From positions 150,001-182,000 of the forward strand of contig NZ_CP011034.1 in assembly GCF_001465295.1 (NCBI RefSeq): a stretch of 32,000 nucleotides of DNA. Reading direction: 5' to 3'. Of the stretch, positions 10,784 through 20,583 are shown in pieces. Position 1 is the stretch's first letter, and each line of letters starts with the position of its first letter. Made by a program: the position numbers and the translations under genes. Source of the stretch: Pseudoalteromonas translucida KMM 520 (GTDB lineage: Bacteria; Pseudomonadota; Gammaproteobacteria; Enterobacterales; Alteromonadaceae). The notes under the pieces were generated by a model that saw only the letters and a program-made list of their open reading frames with translations, ran no database searches and was not told the origin of the DNA.

Positions 10784-12598
10784 ATGTTGCTAGGTCAACT
10801 AAACGCTGCGGCAAGTCCGCTATCGCAAGAGCAAGTACAAAAGCTGCAAGGTTTAGTGGCTGAGCTTAATCCAATTCAACAAGCATGGGTTAGCGGCTAT
10901 CTTGCTGCAAATGCTAATACGGCGGCCTTAGGCGGTGCTATGAGCGTAGCTCCAAGTGCTGGTGAGGCAGTTGCATTAACTATTTTATATGGCTCGCAAA
11001 CAGGTAATGCAAAGGGTGTAGCTGCTAAGTTAAAAGCACAAGCAGAGTCACGCGGTTTAGCCGTAAAGCTAGTGAACATGGCCGATTACAAACCAACTGC
11101 ACTAAAAAAAGAAAAGTTTATAACTGTGGTTGTTGCAACTTACGGCGAAGGTGAGCCACCAGAAGATGCAGAGGCTTTGCACGAATTTTTAACCACTAAA
11201 AAAGCGCCTAAGTTAGACGGAGTGAAAGTAGCCGTGATTGGTTTAGGGGATTCGAGCTATGAATTTTTTTGCCAAACAGCAAAAGACTTTGAGCAGCGGT
11301 TAAATAAACTCGGCGCAGAAACAATCTATCAACGCGCCGATTTAGATGTAGATTACGATGACGAAGCGGCAACTTGGATCATTGGTGCATTGGATGCCTT
11401 TGAACCCGATTTAAAAGCACAGCAAGGTAGCTCAGGTGGTCAGGTTATTGCAATGCCGTTTGCTGGGTCAACTACTGTGGCAAATCAATATACTAAACAA
11501 AACCCGTTTGCCGCAGAGTTAGGTTTAGTGCAAAAAATTACAGGTCGCGACTCAACTAAAGATGTCCGCCACGTAGAAATTTCGCTTGAAGGCTCAGACA
11601 TTAGTTATATACCAGGTGATTCATTAGGCGTGTATTTTTTAAATGACGAAGCCCGTGTTGATGAGTTGCTTACACACACGCAAATTGATGCAGCTAGTTT
11701 AGTAAAAGTTGCAGATGAACAGCTAAGTATTCGCGATGCACTGATTGAAAAACTAGAATTAACGCAGTCGTACCCTGGCTTTGTGGAAAAATATGCAATA
11801 GCGACAGGCACACCACAACTATTAAAACTGGTTGAAGATAAAGCGGCAATGCATGAATACATTGAACCGCGCCAAATATTTGATGTGGTTGCACAAAACC
11901 CGGCTAAGCTTGACGCGCAAACACTCGTCGATTGCCTGCGTAAATTACAAGCACGTTTATATTCAATTGCCTCTAGCCAAAGCGAGGTTGAAGACGAGGT
12001 ACATTTAACCGTGGCATTGGTTGAATTTAATGCCTTTGGTAGCGAGCATTTGGGCGGTTGTTCGGGCTATTTAGCGCGCCGTGCTGAGGAAGGCTGTAAA
12101 GTTAAGGTATTTAGTGAGCATAACGATAATTTCCGTTTACCAACGAATGATGAAACACCAATAATTATGGTTGGCCCTGGTACGGGAATAGCACCGTTTC
12201 GCGCCTTTTTACAAGAGCGTGATGCGCGCGGCGCATCAGGTAAAAACTGGCTGTTTTTTGGCAATCCACATTTTACTCAAGACTTTTTATACCAAGTTGA
12301 AATTCAAGGTTACTTAAAGTCGGGTTTACTAAGCAAAGTAGATGTTGCATTTAGCCGCGATCAAGCCGAAAAGGTGTATGTGCAAGATAAGTTACGTAGT
12401 AACAGCAAAGCTATTTTTGAGTGGCTTGAAGCCGGCGCACATTTTTATGTGTGTGGCGACGCTAATCATATGGCAAAAGATGTACACCAAACATTACTCG
12501 AAATTATTAAAGAAAATACCGGTAAGAGCGATGAAGATGCTCAGCAGTATTTAAAAGATTTACGCAGCGCAAACCGCTATCAGAAAGACGTTTACTAA
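10784..12598 (+). CDS. cysJ: Sulfite reductase [NADPH] flavoprotein alpha component
   Basis: Colinear with E. coli CysJ. Carries the FMN site TILYGSQTGNAKG, the FAD site RLYSIASS, the NADPH site GPGTGIAPFR and the C-terminal RYQKDVY. Confidence 0.95.
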   Translation: MLLGQLNAAASPLSQEQVQKLQGLVAELNPIQQAWVSGYLAANANTAALGGAMSVAPSAGEAVALTILYGSQTGNAKGVAAKLKAQAESRGLAVKLVNMADYKPTALKKEKFITVVVATYGEGEPPEDAEALHEFLTTKKAPKLDGVKVAVIGLGDSSYEFFCQTAKDFEQRLNKLGAETIYQRADLDVDYDDEAATWIIGALDAFEPDLKAQQGSSGGQVIAMPFAGSTTVANQYTKQNPFAAELGLVQKITGRDSTKDVRHVEISLEGSDISYIPGDSLGVYFLNDEARVDELLTHTQIDAASLVKVADEQLSIRDALIEKLELTQSYPGFVEKYAIATGTPQLLKLVEDKAAMHEYIEPRQIFDVVAQNPAKLDAQTLVDCLRKLQARLYSIASSQSEVEDEVHLTVALVEFNAFGSEHLGGCSGYLARRAEEGCKVKVFSEHNDNFRLPTNDETPIIMVGPGTGIAPFRAFLQERDARGASGKNWLFFGNPHFTQDFLYQVEIQGYLKSGLLSKVDVAFSRDQAEKVYVQDKLRSNSKAIFEWLEAGAHFYVCGDANHMAKDVHQTLLEIIKENTGKSDEDAQQYLKDLRSANRYQKDVY

Positions 12599-12646
12599 AA
12601 TTAAATATTTAAAGCAGCCGTCACTGTCACTAATTTAGGATTAAAC

Positions 12647-14344
12647 ATGAGCGAACAAGATAAAAACGTAAAGCTTTCTGATAACGAGCGCATGAAACGA
12701 GAAAGTAATTTTTTACGTGGCACTATAGCAACAGATTTAAAAGATGAGATCACCGGTGGTTTTACCGCTGATAACTTCCAGTTAATTCGGTTTCACGGTA
12801 TGTACCAGCAAGATGACCGCGATATTCGTGGTGAGCGTGCTAAGCAAAAGCTTGAGCCATTACACAACGTAATGTTACGTGCGCGTATGCCTGGCGGTAT
12901 TATTAAGCCTGAGCAATGGTTAGCCATTGATAAATTTGCAGAAGAAAAAACCAGTTATGGCAGTATCCGTTTAACTACGCGTCAAACGTTTCAGTTTCAC
13001 GGTGTATTAAAGCCTAACATTAAAGGCATGCATCAATTACTGGATAGCGTTGGAATTGACTCTATTGCTACCGCAGGCGATGTTAATCGAAATGTATTGT
13101 GTACTACTAATCCGGTTGAGTCAGAGTTGCATCAAGAAGCGTATGAGTGGGCTGCAAAAATTTCAGAGCACTTGTTACCAAAAACTAAGGCTTACGCCGA
13201 AATTTGGCTTAATGGTGAAAAAGCAGAAACCACAGAAGAGCCAATTTTAGGTTCTAATTACTTACCGCGTAAGTTTAAAACAACGGTAACAATTCCGCCG
13301 AATAATGAAGTGGATGTGCACGCCAACGATTTAAACTTTGTAGCTATTGCCGATAACGGTAAATTAATTGGCTTTAATGTGCTTGTAGGCGGAGGCCTTG
13401 CCATGACACATGGCGATACAGCAACCTACCCACGTAAAGCAGACGACTTTGGTTTTATTCCACTAGAACATACGTTAAAAATTGCGGAGCATGTGGTATC
13501 GGTACAGCGCGATTGGGGTAATCGTTCAAATCGTAAAAATGCTAAAACAAAATATACATTAGACCGAGTAGGCGTTGATGTATTTAAAGCGGAAGTAGAG
13601 AAACGCGCTGGTGTTGAGTTTGCTGCAAGCCGTCCTTATAAATTTACTCACCGAGGCGATCGTATAGGTTGGGTTGAAGGTATAGATGGCAAGCATCACC
13701 TAACATTATTTATTCAAAGTGGGCGTATTTTAGATTATCCAAACAAACCACTAAAAACAGGCTGTCGTAAAATAGCAGAAGTTCACCAAGGTGACATGCG
13801 CATGACGGCAAACCAAAACTTAATTATTGCTGGTGTAGCTGCAGATCAAAAAGCCGTGATTGAAGAAATTGCCCGTAACCACGGTTTAATTGACGATAAA
13901 GATACCGAGCAACGTAAAAACTCCATGGCGTGTGTGGCACTGCCAACATGCCCGTTAGCCATGGCTGAGGCTGAGCGCTATTTACCTAGCTTGGTTGAAA
14001 AAATAGAAGCACTACTAGCCAAGCATGGTGTGCCGAATGACAGTATTATTATGCGCGTAGTGGGTTGCCCCAATGGCTGTGGCCGTGCCATGTTAGCCGA
14101 AGCGGGATTGGTTGGGAAAGGTCCGGGTAAATATAATGTGTATTTAGGCGGTAATCTTGAAGGCACGCGTATTCCTAAATTATATTTAGAAAATGTGGGT
14201 GAAGACGTGTATTTAGCTGCTTTTGATGAATTAATTGGGCAATGGGTTAATGAGCGTAATGACGTTGAATGTTTTGGTGACTTTGTGATCCGCAAAGGCA
14301 TTGTTGCTGAAGTTAAAGTATCGGTTACCGATTTTCACGCATAA
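12647..14344 (+). CDS. cysI: Sulfite reductase [NADPH] hemoprotein beta component
   Basis: 565 aa. Siroheme/4Fe-4S cysteine clusters [16 protein letters not shown] and [14 protein letters not shown] upstream of the ATG. Confidence 0.95.
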   Translation: MSEQDKNVKLSDNERMKRESNFLRGTIATDLKDEITGGFTADNFQLIRFHGMYQQDDRDIRGERAKQKLEPLHNVMLRARMPGGIIKPEQWLAIDKFAEEKTSYGSIRLTTRQTFQFHGVLKPNIKGMHQLLDSVGIDSIATAGDVNRNVLCTTNPVESELHQEAYEWAAKISEHLLPKTKAYAEIWLNGEKAETTEEPILGSNYLPRKFKTTVTIPPNNEVDVHANDLNFVAIADNGKLIGFNVLVGGGLAMTHGDTATYPRKADDFGFIPLEHTLKIAEHVVSVQRDWGNRSNRKNAKTKYTLDRVGVDVFKAEVEKRAGVEFAASRPYKFTHRGDRIGWVEGIDGKHHLTLFIQSGRILDYPNKPLKTGCRKIAEVHQGDMRMTANQNLIIAGVAADQKAVIEEIARNHGLIDDKDTEQRKNSMACVALPTCPLAMAEAERYLPSLVEKIEALLAKHGVPNDSIIMRVVGCPNGCGRAMLAEAGLVGKGPGKYNVYLGGNLEGTRIPKLYLENVGEDVYLAAFDELIGQWVNERNDVECFGDFVIRKGIVAEVKVSVTDFHA

Positions 14345-14387
14345 TAATAAGCCAGTGCAACACACTGGCTAAGGTTTGGAATTTACC

Positions 14388-15128
14388 ATGAGTGAATTTA
14401 AAAATATTTTACAGTTAGATAAACAAAGCCAAACTAGCATGCTAGCAGACGCCAATGGCATACTGAAAAACATGAGCGCTGAACAGCGCGTACAATGGGC
14501 ACTCGAAAATTTACCTGAGACACATTTTTTATCATCGAGTTTTGGTATTCAAGCCGCCGTAATGTTGCACTTAATAACATCACAACAGCCAGATATTCCG
14601 GTGGTATTAACAGATACAGGCTATTTGTTTCCACAAACATATCAATTTATTGAGCAAATGACGGCGCGTTTATCACTCAATTTAAAAGTGTATAAATCAG
14701 AACTGAGCCCTGCTTGGCAAGAAGCTAAATTTGGTAAGTTATGGGAGCAAGGAGAGGCCGGAATTAAGCAGTACAATCAGCTTAATAAAGTTGAGCCGAT
14801 GACTCGCGCCTTAAAAGAAATTAATGCTGGTACGTGGTTTAGTGGCCTGCGTCGCGACCAAGCATCAAGCCGTGCTGATAAGCAAGTAATTGAAATTAGC
14901 CGTGGTACAGTAAAAGTTTACCCAATTATTGAGTGGACAAACCGCGATGTATATCAGTATTTAACTAAGCATAACTTGCCGTACCATCCTCTTTGGGAAG
15001 AAGGCTATGTGTCTATGGGAGACATACATACTACACGTAAGCTAGAGCCCGGCATGACCGAAGAGGAAACTCGCTTTTTTGGTTTAAACAGAGAGTGTGG
15101 TTTGCACATTGATGGTGATGGTATTTAA
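14388..15128 (+). CDS. cysH: Phosphoadenosine phosphosulfate (PAPS) reductase
   Basis: C-terminal ECGLH motif (RECGLHIDG) and the [14 protein letters not shown] block, completing cysJIH. The track start at 14376 is a TTG. I prefer the ATG at 14388 (MSEFKNIL). Confidence 0.92.
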   Translation: MSEFKNILQLDKQSQTSMLADANGILKNMSAEQRVQWALENLPETHFLSSSFGIQAAVMLHLITSQQPDIPVVLTDTGYLFPQTYQFIEQMTARLSLNLKVYKSELSPAWQEAKFGKLWEQGEAGIKQYNQLNKVEPMTRALKEINAGTWFSGLRRDQASSRADKQVIEISRGTVKVYPIIEWTNRDVYQYLTKHNLPYHPLWEEGYVSMGDIHTTRKLEPGMTEEETRFFGLNRECGLHIDGDGI

Positions 15129-15157
15129 TATTATTGATTACCTCGCTCAATATTTAA

Positions 15158-15185
15158 TAAAACGCAGCCTTGGCTGCGTTTTTTA
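15158..15185 (+). terminator. Intrinsic terminator after cysH
   Basis: AAAACGCAGCCTTGGCTGCGTTTTTT: ACGCAGC pairs with GCTGCGT, followed by a T6 run. Confidence 0.85.
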
Positions 15186-15264
15186 CTTACACAAAAGGAT
15201 TGCCTGATTGATTACTTTTTATTAGACTTGGCCGAATAAAGGATTAATTTTAAGCAGGAAGGCT

Positions 15265-15768
15265 ATGAAATACTTTACCTATTTAGCAGTGTCAGTAATG
15301 ATTATTGCTGTTATTTCTCTGTTTTATTTAAAAAAGCCAAACGGAGAAACATGGCTTAGTACATCTGTTGTGAGCAACCAATCTCAGCAAATTAAAGATA
15401 AAATAATCTCGTTTACCAGTAACACGTTTGAGCAAGCCGTTAATAGCGTGTCGAATACATCCTCAACAACCCGCAGTAAAATATTTAAGTGGCAAGATCA
15501 GCAAGGCCAGTGGCACTTTTCAGATACACCTCACCCTAATGGGAAAAGTGTTGAAGTAAAACTAGATCCTAAAGATATTAACGTGGTAGTTGCCCAAGAT
15601 ACGGCTATTTTATCGGGCAGTTCTAAATCCTCAGCAATAAGTAGCACTTCAGCTACACCTACAGTTTATGATCCAGTATCAATTAAAAAGGTGTTTGATG
15701 ACGCTGAAAAAGCAAAACAAAAATTAGAGCAACGTACTAAACAATTAAATGATTTAAACAGTTTTTAA
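15265..15768 (+). CDS. DUF4124 domain protein with N-terminal membrane anchor
   Basis: GGAAGG upstream of the ATG. N-terminal TM segment YLAVSVMIIAVISLFYL. DUF4124-type signature IFKWQDQQGQWHFSDTPHP. Ser/Thr-rich linker and a charged C-terminal helix. Confidence 0.75.
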   Translation: MKYFTYLAVSVMIIAVISLFYLKKPNGETWLSTSVVSNQSQQIKDKIISFTSNTFEQAVNSVSNTSSTTRSKIFKWQDQQGQWHFSDTPHPNGKSVEVKLDPKDINVVVAQDTAILSGSSKSSAISSTSATPTVYDPVSIKKVFDDAEKAKQKLEQRTKQLNDLNSF

Positions 15769-16020
15769 TTATTTGGGTTTATGGCTATGCGCTTTTAAAT
15801 AACGTTTTTCTGCTTCCATAAGTAAAATAGTTAAATAAATTTTAGTGGGTAACGATAATAATACGCCAATAGCAATGCAAGCTGCCGCTGTAATTATGCC
15901 GCTAATACCATGCTGGCGAGTAAAGTAGCTTGATACAATTAACGCATGACCAGTCACAATTAGGCATAACCCAAGTACAATTGATATTTTAAGTAGCCTA
16001 ATAATTATAATTTGTGACAT
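15769..16020 (-). CDS. Small two-TM membrane protein, unknown function
   Basis: The track ORF runs 15769..16080. Only the internal ATG at 16020 has a good SD (GAGGG 5 nt upstream), giving 83 aa: MSQIIIIRLLKISIVLGLCLIVTG...GIITAAACIAIGVLLSL with a basic tail. The coding call rests on hydrophobicity pattern only. Confidence 0.5.
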   Translation of the reverse strand: MSQIIIIRLLKISIVLGLCLIVTGHALIVSSYFTRQHGISGIITAAACIAIGVLLSLPTKIYLTILLMEAEKRYLKAHSHKPK

Positions 16021-16095
16021 AACGCCCTCACTAACAGTCATACTAGTGTAGAGTGTTTTTAAAGCATTACCTTGATTCATCGCAACTGACGCGCA

Positions 16096-16123
16096 TAAAA
16101 AAGCCTAACAAAATTGTTAGGCT
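16096..16123 (-). terminator. Intrinsic terminator after acnA
   Basis: On the minus strand, AGCCTAACAA pairs with TTGTTAGGCT and is followed by TTTTTT (complement of the A-run at 16097-16102). It lies 39 nt after the acnA stop. Confidence 0.8.
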
Positions 16124-16161
16124 ATGATTAAATTTTAGGCGTAAGTTTAAGCTGCTATTAG

Positions 16162-18906
16162 TTAATCGAGCATATTACGAAGTACATACTGTAAAATGCC
16201 ACCGTGTTTGTAGTAATCCCACTCTTTTGGCGTATCAATACGTACATCGGCACTAAAGCTTACTTTTTTACCTTCACTATTAGTTGCAATAACGCTTACT
16301 TCTTTGGTTTTATCAAGCAAACCTTCAATATCAAACTGCTCTTGGCCGGTTAAACCTAGCGACTCATGGCTTTCGCCATCTTTAAACTGTAGCGGTAAAA
16401 CTCCCATACCAATAAGGTTAGAGCGATGAATACGCTCATAGCTTTGTGCTATTACGGCTTTAACACCTAACAGTAGCGAGCCTTTAGCTGCCCAGTCGCG
16501 AGATGAGCCGGTACCATATTCTTTACCAGCTAAAATAACCAAGGGCGTATCGTTCTTTTGATATTCCATGGCTGCATCATAAATACTGGCAAGCTCATCA
16601 TCAGGTTGCGTGCGGGTAACACCGCCTTCAGTACCAGGTGCAAGTAGGTTTTTAAGCCTAATATTAGCAAATGTACCGCGCATCATTACTTCGTGGTTAC
16701 CACGACGCGAACCATAGGAGTTAAACTGCGCTTGTCCTACTTTGTTATCTTGTAAATATAACCCTGCTGGTGAGTCTGCTTTAATCGCACCGGCTGGCGA
16801 AATATGATCCGTAGTAACCGAGTCACCTAGTTTTGCTAAACAACGTGCACCGGTAATGGTTGGAATACCCGGAGGCTCAATACTCATACCATCAAAAAAG
16901 GGTGCTTTTTTAATATAGGTTGATGCATCATCCCAATCGTAAAGTTTACCGTCAGGTATTTGAATTTTTTGCCAACGGCTATCACCTTCGTATACGTTAG
17001 CATAACTTTTTTCGAACATTTCTCTGGTTACCGTTTCCTTAACTAAATCGCTTACTTCTTTAACACTTGGCCAAATGTTTTTAAGGTAAATATCGTTACC
17101 GTTAGCATCTTGTGCCAGTGGTTCGTTATATAGGTCAATATCGGTTCTGCCTGCAATGGCGTAAGCTACAACAAGCGGAGGAGATGCTAAAAAGTTCATT
17201 TTTACATCTTGGTGAATACGCCCTTCAAAGTTACGGTTACCCGATAAAATAGAGCTCACAACCAGTTTGTGCTTTTGAATAGCATCTGAAATTTCAGGAG
17301 CTAGTGGGCCTGAGTTACCAATACACGTGGTACAACCATAGCCAACTAAGTTAAAGCCTAGGCTTTCTAAATCGTCCATTAGCCCTGCTTTTTCTAAGTA
17401 GTCAGTAACGACCTTAGAGCCAGGAGCAAGCGATGTTTTAACCCAAGGTTTTACATTAATCCCTAATTGCTTGGCTTTTTTAGCAACTAAACCAGCCGCT
17501 AAAATAACACTGGGGTTAGAGGTATTTGTACAACTAGTAATTGCGGCAATAACACAGGCACCATCGTTTAGTTCAAACTCTTGGCCCTTAAAGTTTACTT
17601 TGGCTGCCCCTATAAACGGTGCTTCATTGCTTGACTCGTCAGGGTTAGTTGCAGGGCCTTCGCTTTCGATACGCGCTTGCTGTGTATCACTGCTGCTAAT
17701 TTTTGCTAAACGCTCTTCTTGAAACTCTTTTAAATGTTGGCTAATTGCTTCACCCGCTTTATCAAGCGATATTCTATCTTGTGGGCGTTTAGGGCCAGCA
17801 AGGCTTGGTACTACGTCATCTAATATCAGTTCAAGTTTATCGGTGTAATTAGCTTCATCGCCATCGTTGCGCCATAAGCCTTGATGCTTAGCATAATCTT
17901 CAATAAGTTTAAGCTGTTTTTCATCGCGGTTGGTTAAACGCAGATAGTTAATGGTTTCGTCATCAATCGGGAAAATACCACATGTAGCACCATATTCTGG
18001 CGCCATGTTGGCAATTGTTGCTCTATCGGCAAGTGGTAAGTCGGCAAGGCCATCACCATAAAACTCTACAAATTTACCTACTACACCATGGTTACGTAGC
18101 ATTTCGGTAACGGTAAGTACTAAGTCGGTAGCTGTGGTGCCCTCTGGTAAACGGCCGTTTAATTTAACCCCTACAACCTGAGGTATTAATAAACTAATAG
18201 GTTGGCCAAGCATGGCGGCTTCGGCTTCAATACCGCCTACGCCCCAACCAAGTACGCCTAAGCCGTTAATCATAGTGGTGTGCGAATCGGTACCCACTAA
18301 GGTGTCTGGATACGCATATTTTTGGCCATTGCGTTCATCGTTAAAAACAACACGGGCTAAGTACTCTAAATTTACTTGGTGCACAATGCCGGTTGCCGGA
18401 GGCACAACTTTTAAGTTATCGAAGGCGGTTTGGCCCCAACGTAAAAATTCATAACGCTCTTTATTACGGTCATATTCAAGCTTGGCGTTTAAGTCAAACG
18501 CACCTTCATTACCATAACCATCTACTTGCACAGAGTGGTCAATAACAAGTTCAGCAGGAGAAAGCGGGTTAATTTTTGCAGGATCGCCGCCTAATTTTTC
18601 CATTGCATCGCGCATTGCCGCTAAATCGACAATAGCAGGTACACCGGTAAAGTCTTGCATCACAACACGGGCAGGCGTAAACGCTACTTCAGCAGAGGGT
18701 TTAGCTTGAGGGTCCCAATCTAATAGGGCTTGAATGTCTTGTTCTTTAATGTTTTCGCCGTCTTCGTTACGAAGTAGGTTTTCGAGTAGTATTTTTAAAG
18801 AAAAAGGTAAGCGTTTGGCTTTGTCGCCAAGACCTTTAAGAGAGTGAATATGAAACTGCTCACCATTAACGGTAAGTTGCTGTTGGGTTTTGAAACTATT
18901 ATTCAT
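16162..18906 (-). CDS. acnA: Aconitate hydratase A
   Basis: 914 aa. Fe-S ligand motifs [16 protein letters not shown] and CTTCIGNSG. The N-terminus ([28 protein letters not shown]) is typical of AcnA/IRP-type aconitases. Confidence 0.96.
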   Translation of the reverse strand: MNNSFKTQQQLTVNGEQFHIHSLKGLGDKAKRLPFSLKILLENLLRNEDGENIKEQDIQALLDWDPQAKPSAEVAFTPARVVMQDFTGVPAIVDLAAMRDAMEKLGGDPAKINPLSPAELVIDHSVQVDGYGNEGAFDLNAKLEYDRNKERYEFLRWGQTAFDNLKVVPPATGIVHQVNLEYLARVVFNDERNGQKYAYPDTLVGTDSHTTMINGLGVLGWGVGGIEAEAAMLGQPISLLIPQVVGVKLNGRLPEGTTATDLVLTVTEMLRNHGVVGKFVEFYGDGLADLPLADRATIANMAPEYGATCGIFPIDDETINYLRLTNRDEKQLKLIEDYAKHQGLWRNDGDEANYTDKLELILDDVVPSLAGPKRPQDRISLDKAGEAISQHLKEFQEERLAKISSSDTQQARIESEGPATNPDESSNEAPFIGAAKVNFKGQEFELNDGACVIAAITSCTNTSNPSVILAAGLVAKKAKQLGINVKPWVKTSLAPGSKVVTDYLEKAGLMDDLESLGFNLVGYGCTTCIGNSGPLAPEISDAIQKHKLVVSSILSGNRNFEGRIHQDVKMNFLASPPLVVAYAIAGRTDIDLYNEPLAQDANGNDIYLKNIWPSVKEVSDLVKETVTREMFEKSYANVYEGDSRWQKIQIPDGKLYDWDDASTYIKKAPFFDGMSIEPPGIPTITGARCLAKLGDSVTTDHISPAGAIKADSPAGLYLQDNKVGQAQFNSYGSRRGNHEVMMRGTFANIRLKNLLAPGTEGGVTRTQPDDELASIYDAAMEYQKNDTPLVILAGKEYGTGSSRDWAAKGSLLLGVKAVIAQSYERIHRSNLIGMGVLPLQFKDGESHESLGLTGQEQFDIEGLLDKTKEVSVIATNSEGKKVSFSADVRIDTPKEWDYYKHGGILQYVLRNMLD

Positions 18907-19090
18907 TATTTGCCCCTTTGTTATTAGATAAGTGCTATGTAGAGTGACCTTTTATAGTTTGTGAATTGCAAAGTGTATACCAAGATAAAAACAGTGTTTA
19001 AAGTGTGATTTTTAAACAGCCGTTACAATAGAGATGATGCTGAAAGTTTTTAATTCAAGAGAGCCAGCTAGACTTACCCAAAAGATATTT

Positions 19091-19525
19091 TTAATTTGCA
19101 TACAACCAGCCTTGCTGTTTGCCCTTAAAGCTAACGTAAAGTAGTAATATGGCAATTACTACCACCAGCAGTGGCATAAATACCGCGCTAGACCCCATTA
19201 TTTCAACGCTGTTAATAACAATAAAGTTGTAATACTGTTGGATTAAAATAGCCATTAACGACACGGTAAATACGGGCAGTGCAAATGACTTTTTAGCGAG
19301 TAATAAAACACTGCCAAGCGTGCCGCCAAATACTGCAATAGAAAATGCAATGGTTGACCAAGCGGGGATGTTAGAATATGCAGCTTGCTGATCTATAGGC
19401 ATTTTGCTAATTACTTCAGGTGTCATCAGCATTTGTAGTGCAAAGGCAATAACGCCACATAAGTTCCATATAAGCGCTACCCATGCGAGTGGTTTTAACC
19501 ACTTAGGAGGGGGATGTGCAAGCAT
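19091..19525 (-). CDS. Four-TM inner-membrane protein, unknown function
   Basis: 144 aa with four clear hydrophobic helices (WVALIWNLCGVIAFAL, TIAFSIAVFGGTLGSVLLL, VFTVSLMAILI, FMPLLVVVIAILLLYV). AAGG upstream. A plausible TTGATC-N18-TATAAC promoter lies between the upstream terminator and the ATG. Confidence 0.65.
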   Translation of the reverse strand: MLAHPPPKWLKPLAWVALIWNLCGVIAFALQMLMTPEVISKMPIDQQAAYSNIPAWSTIAFSIAVFGGTLGSVLLLAKKSFALPVFTVSLMAILIQQYYNFIVINSVEIMGSSAVFMPLLVVVIAILLLYVSFKGKQQGWLYAN

Positions 19526-19571
19526 TTAATTACCTTACTTTTTGTTATAGTTAGTGAGGTAATTAAAGATC

Positions 19572-19596
19572 AAAAAAGCCAACTATACAAGTTGGC
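19572..19596 (-). terminator. Intrinsic terminator after the S4-domain gene
   Basis: GCCAACT (19578-19584) pairs with AGTTGGC (19590-19596). On the minus strand the hairpin is followed by TTTTTT (complement of 19572-19577). Confidence 0.75.
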
Positions 19597-19632
19597 TCGT
19601 TTTATAAATAAAAATCAAAAAAAGACTATAAT

Positions 19633-20016
19633 TTAACCGAATGAAATAGGGCGACGACCGGTTTTTTCATCTACTTTAGGTTTTTTAGTGCGCTTACGTT
19701 TATTTTTTGCAGGCTGACTCACCGGTTGCGGTGCTGCTTGGTTTGGCTCTGATTGCGGCTGCTCGGCAGGTCGTTCTGCCGGTGTTGCATCTTCACTTAA
19801 CGCTAGTTGAAAAAGCTCGCCATCAAACTCTAGTATGTCGCCACTGTATAGTTTTTTCCGTTTAATTGTACAAATTTCATGGTTAACACCCACATAACCT
19901 TCAGCAATTAAGTTTTTTGCTTGGCCGCCGCCTTCCACTAAATTTAGTACTTTTAATAATTTACACAGCTCAATCGGCTCTTCTTCTAATTCAATTTCTA
20001 TATATTCTTCGTTCAT
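19633..20016 (-). CDS. YbcJ-like S4 RNA-binding domain protein with Pro/Gln-rich and Lys/Arg-rich C-terminal tail
   Basis: Residues 15-75 (ELCKLLKVLNLVEGGGQAKNLIAEGYVGVNHEICTIKRKKLYSGDILEF) match the YbcJ/COG2501 S4-like pattern. An extra ~50-aa tail follows: AERPAEQPQSEPNQAAPQPVSQPAKNKRKRTKKPKVDEKTGRRPISFG. Confidence 0.75.
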   Translation of the reverse strand: MNEEYIEIELEEEPIELCKLLKVLNLVEGGGQAKNLIAEGYVGVNHEICTIKRKKLYSGDILEFDGELFQLALSEDATPAERPAEQPQSEPNQAAPQPVSQPAKNKRKRTKKPKVDEKTGRRPISFG

Positions 20017-20095
20017 GTTTGCTCTCGGTGGGGTAACGCATTAACGCTAGTATAAAGTGAAGTCACTATTTTTGCATCAAAGTGCGTATACAAAT

Positions 20096-20554
20096 CTAAC
20101 CATGGTTTTCTATGTGTTCGCTCAACTTGGCAATACGTAAGCTCATACCTTCTATTATTCGATCTTTAATTTTTTCGCGTATTACATTGGGTAAGCGAGT
20201 AAGTGCATCAGAAGTAATAGCAAGCACAATTGCATCTGTTTTAGCGCGTGCGCTAATGCTGCGTGCACGGTTATTAATAAAAGCGCCTTCACCTATAAAC
20301 TCCCCGGGGCGTATAGTACCGAGCTCTAATAAATGGTTGTGCTTAAACACTATTAATGCACCGCTAAGTACTATAAATAGGCGCTTATCGTTGTCGTGCT
20401 GTTTAAATAAAAATGAATTTTCGCGCACTAAATACAATAAACCAAACGACTCTAAAAGTATTTGGCGCTCGTTAAGGCTAAATTCTTTAAAAAATCCTAA
20501 ACGGTTGATAATTTCCATCTGTTTAAATAGCGGAATGTTCTCTATTAACTTCAT
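20096..20554 (-). CDS. Stand-alone cyclic-nucleotide-binding (CRP effector-domain-like) protein, no HTH
   Basis: 152 aa. RLFIVLSGALIV and GEFIGEGAFINNRARSISARAKT align by eye with the cAMP-binding region of E. coli CRP, including the Glu and Arg-Ser contacts. A C-terminal helix is present but no DNA-binding domain. It starts 29 nt after the ntrC stop. Confidence 0.8.
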   Translation of the reverse strand: MKLIENIPLFKQMEIINRLGFFKEFSLNERQILLESFGLLYLVRENSFLFKQHDNDKRLFIVLSGALIVFKHNHLLELGTIRPGEFIGEGAFINNRARSISARAKTDAIVLAITSDALTRLPNVIREKIKDRIIEGMSLRIAKLSEHIENHG

Positions 20555-20583
20555 TAATTACCTAAGAGTTATTACGCGCAAAA

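Noticed and set aside
18893-18911. Fur-box-like AT-rich 19-mer (AATAATGAATAATAGTTTC on the minus strand) overlapping the acnA start codon.
   Set aside because: It matches only about 12 of 19 positions of the GATAATGATAATCATTATC consensus in AT-rich DNA, which is consistent with chance.
18972-19006. Three AGTGT direct repeats and a TGTGA half-site upstream of acnA, considered as a possible CRP or other operator.
   Set aside because: The spacing is irregular (21 and 9 nt). Only a half CRP consensus is present, with no matching TCACA arm.
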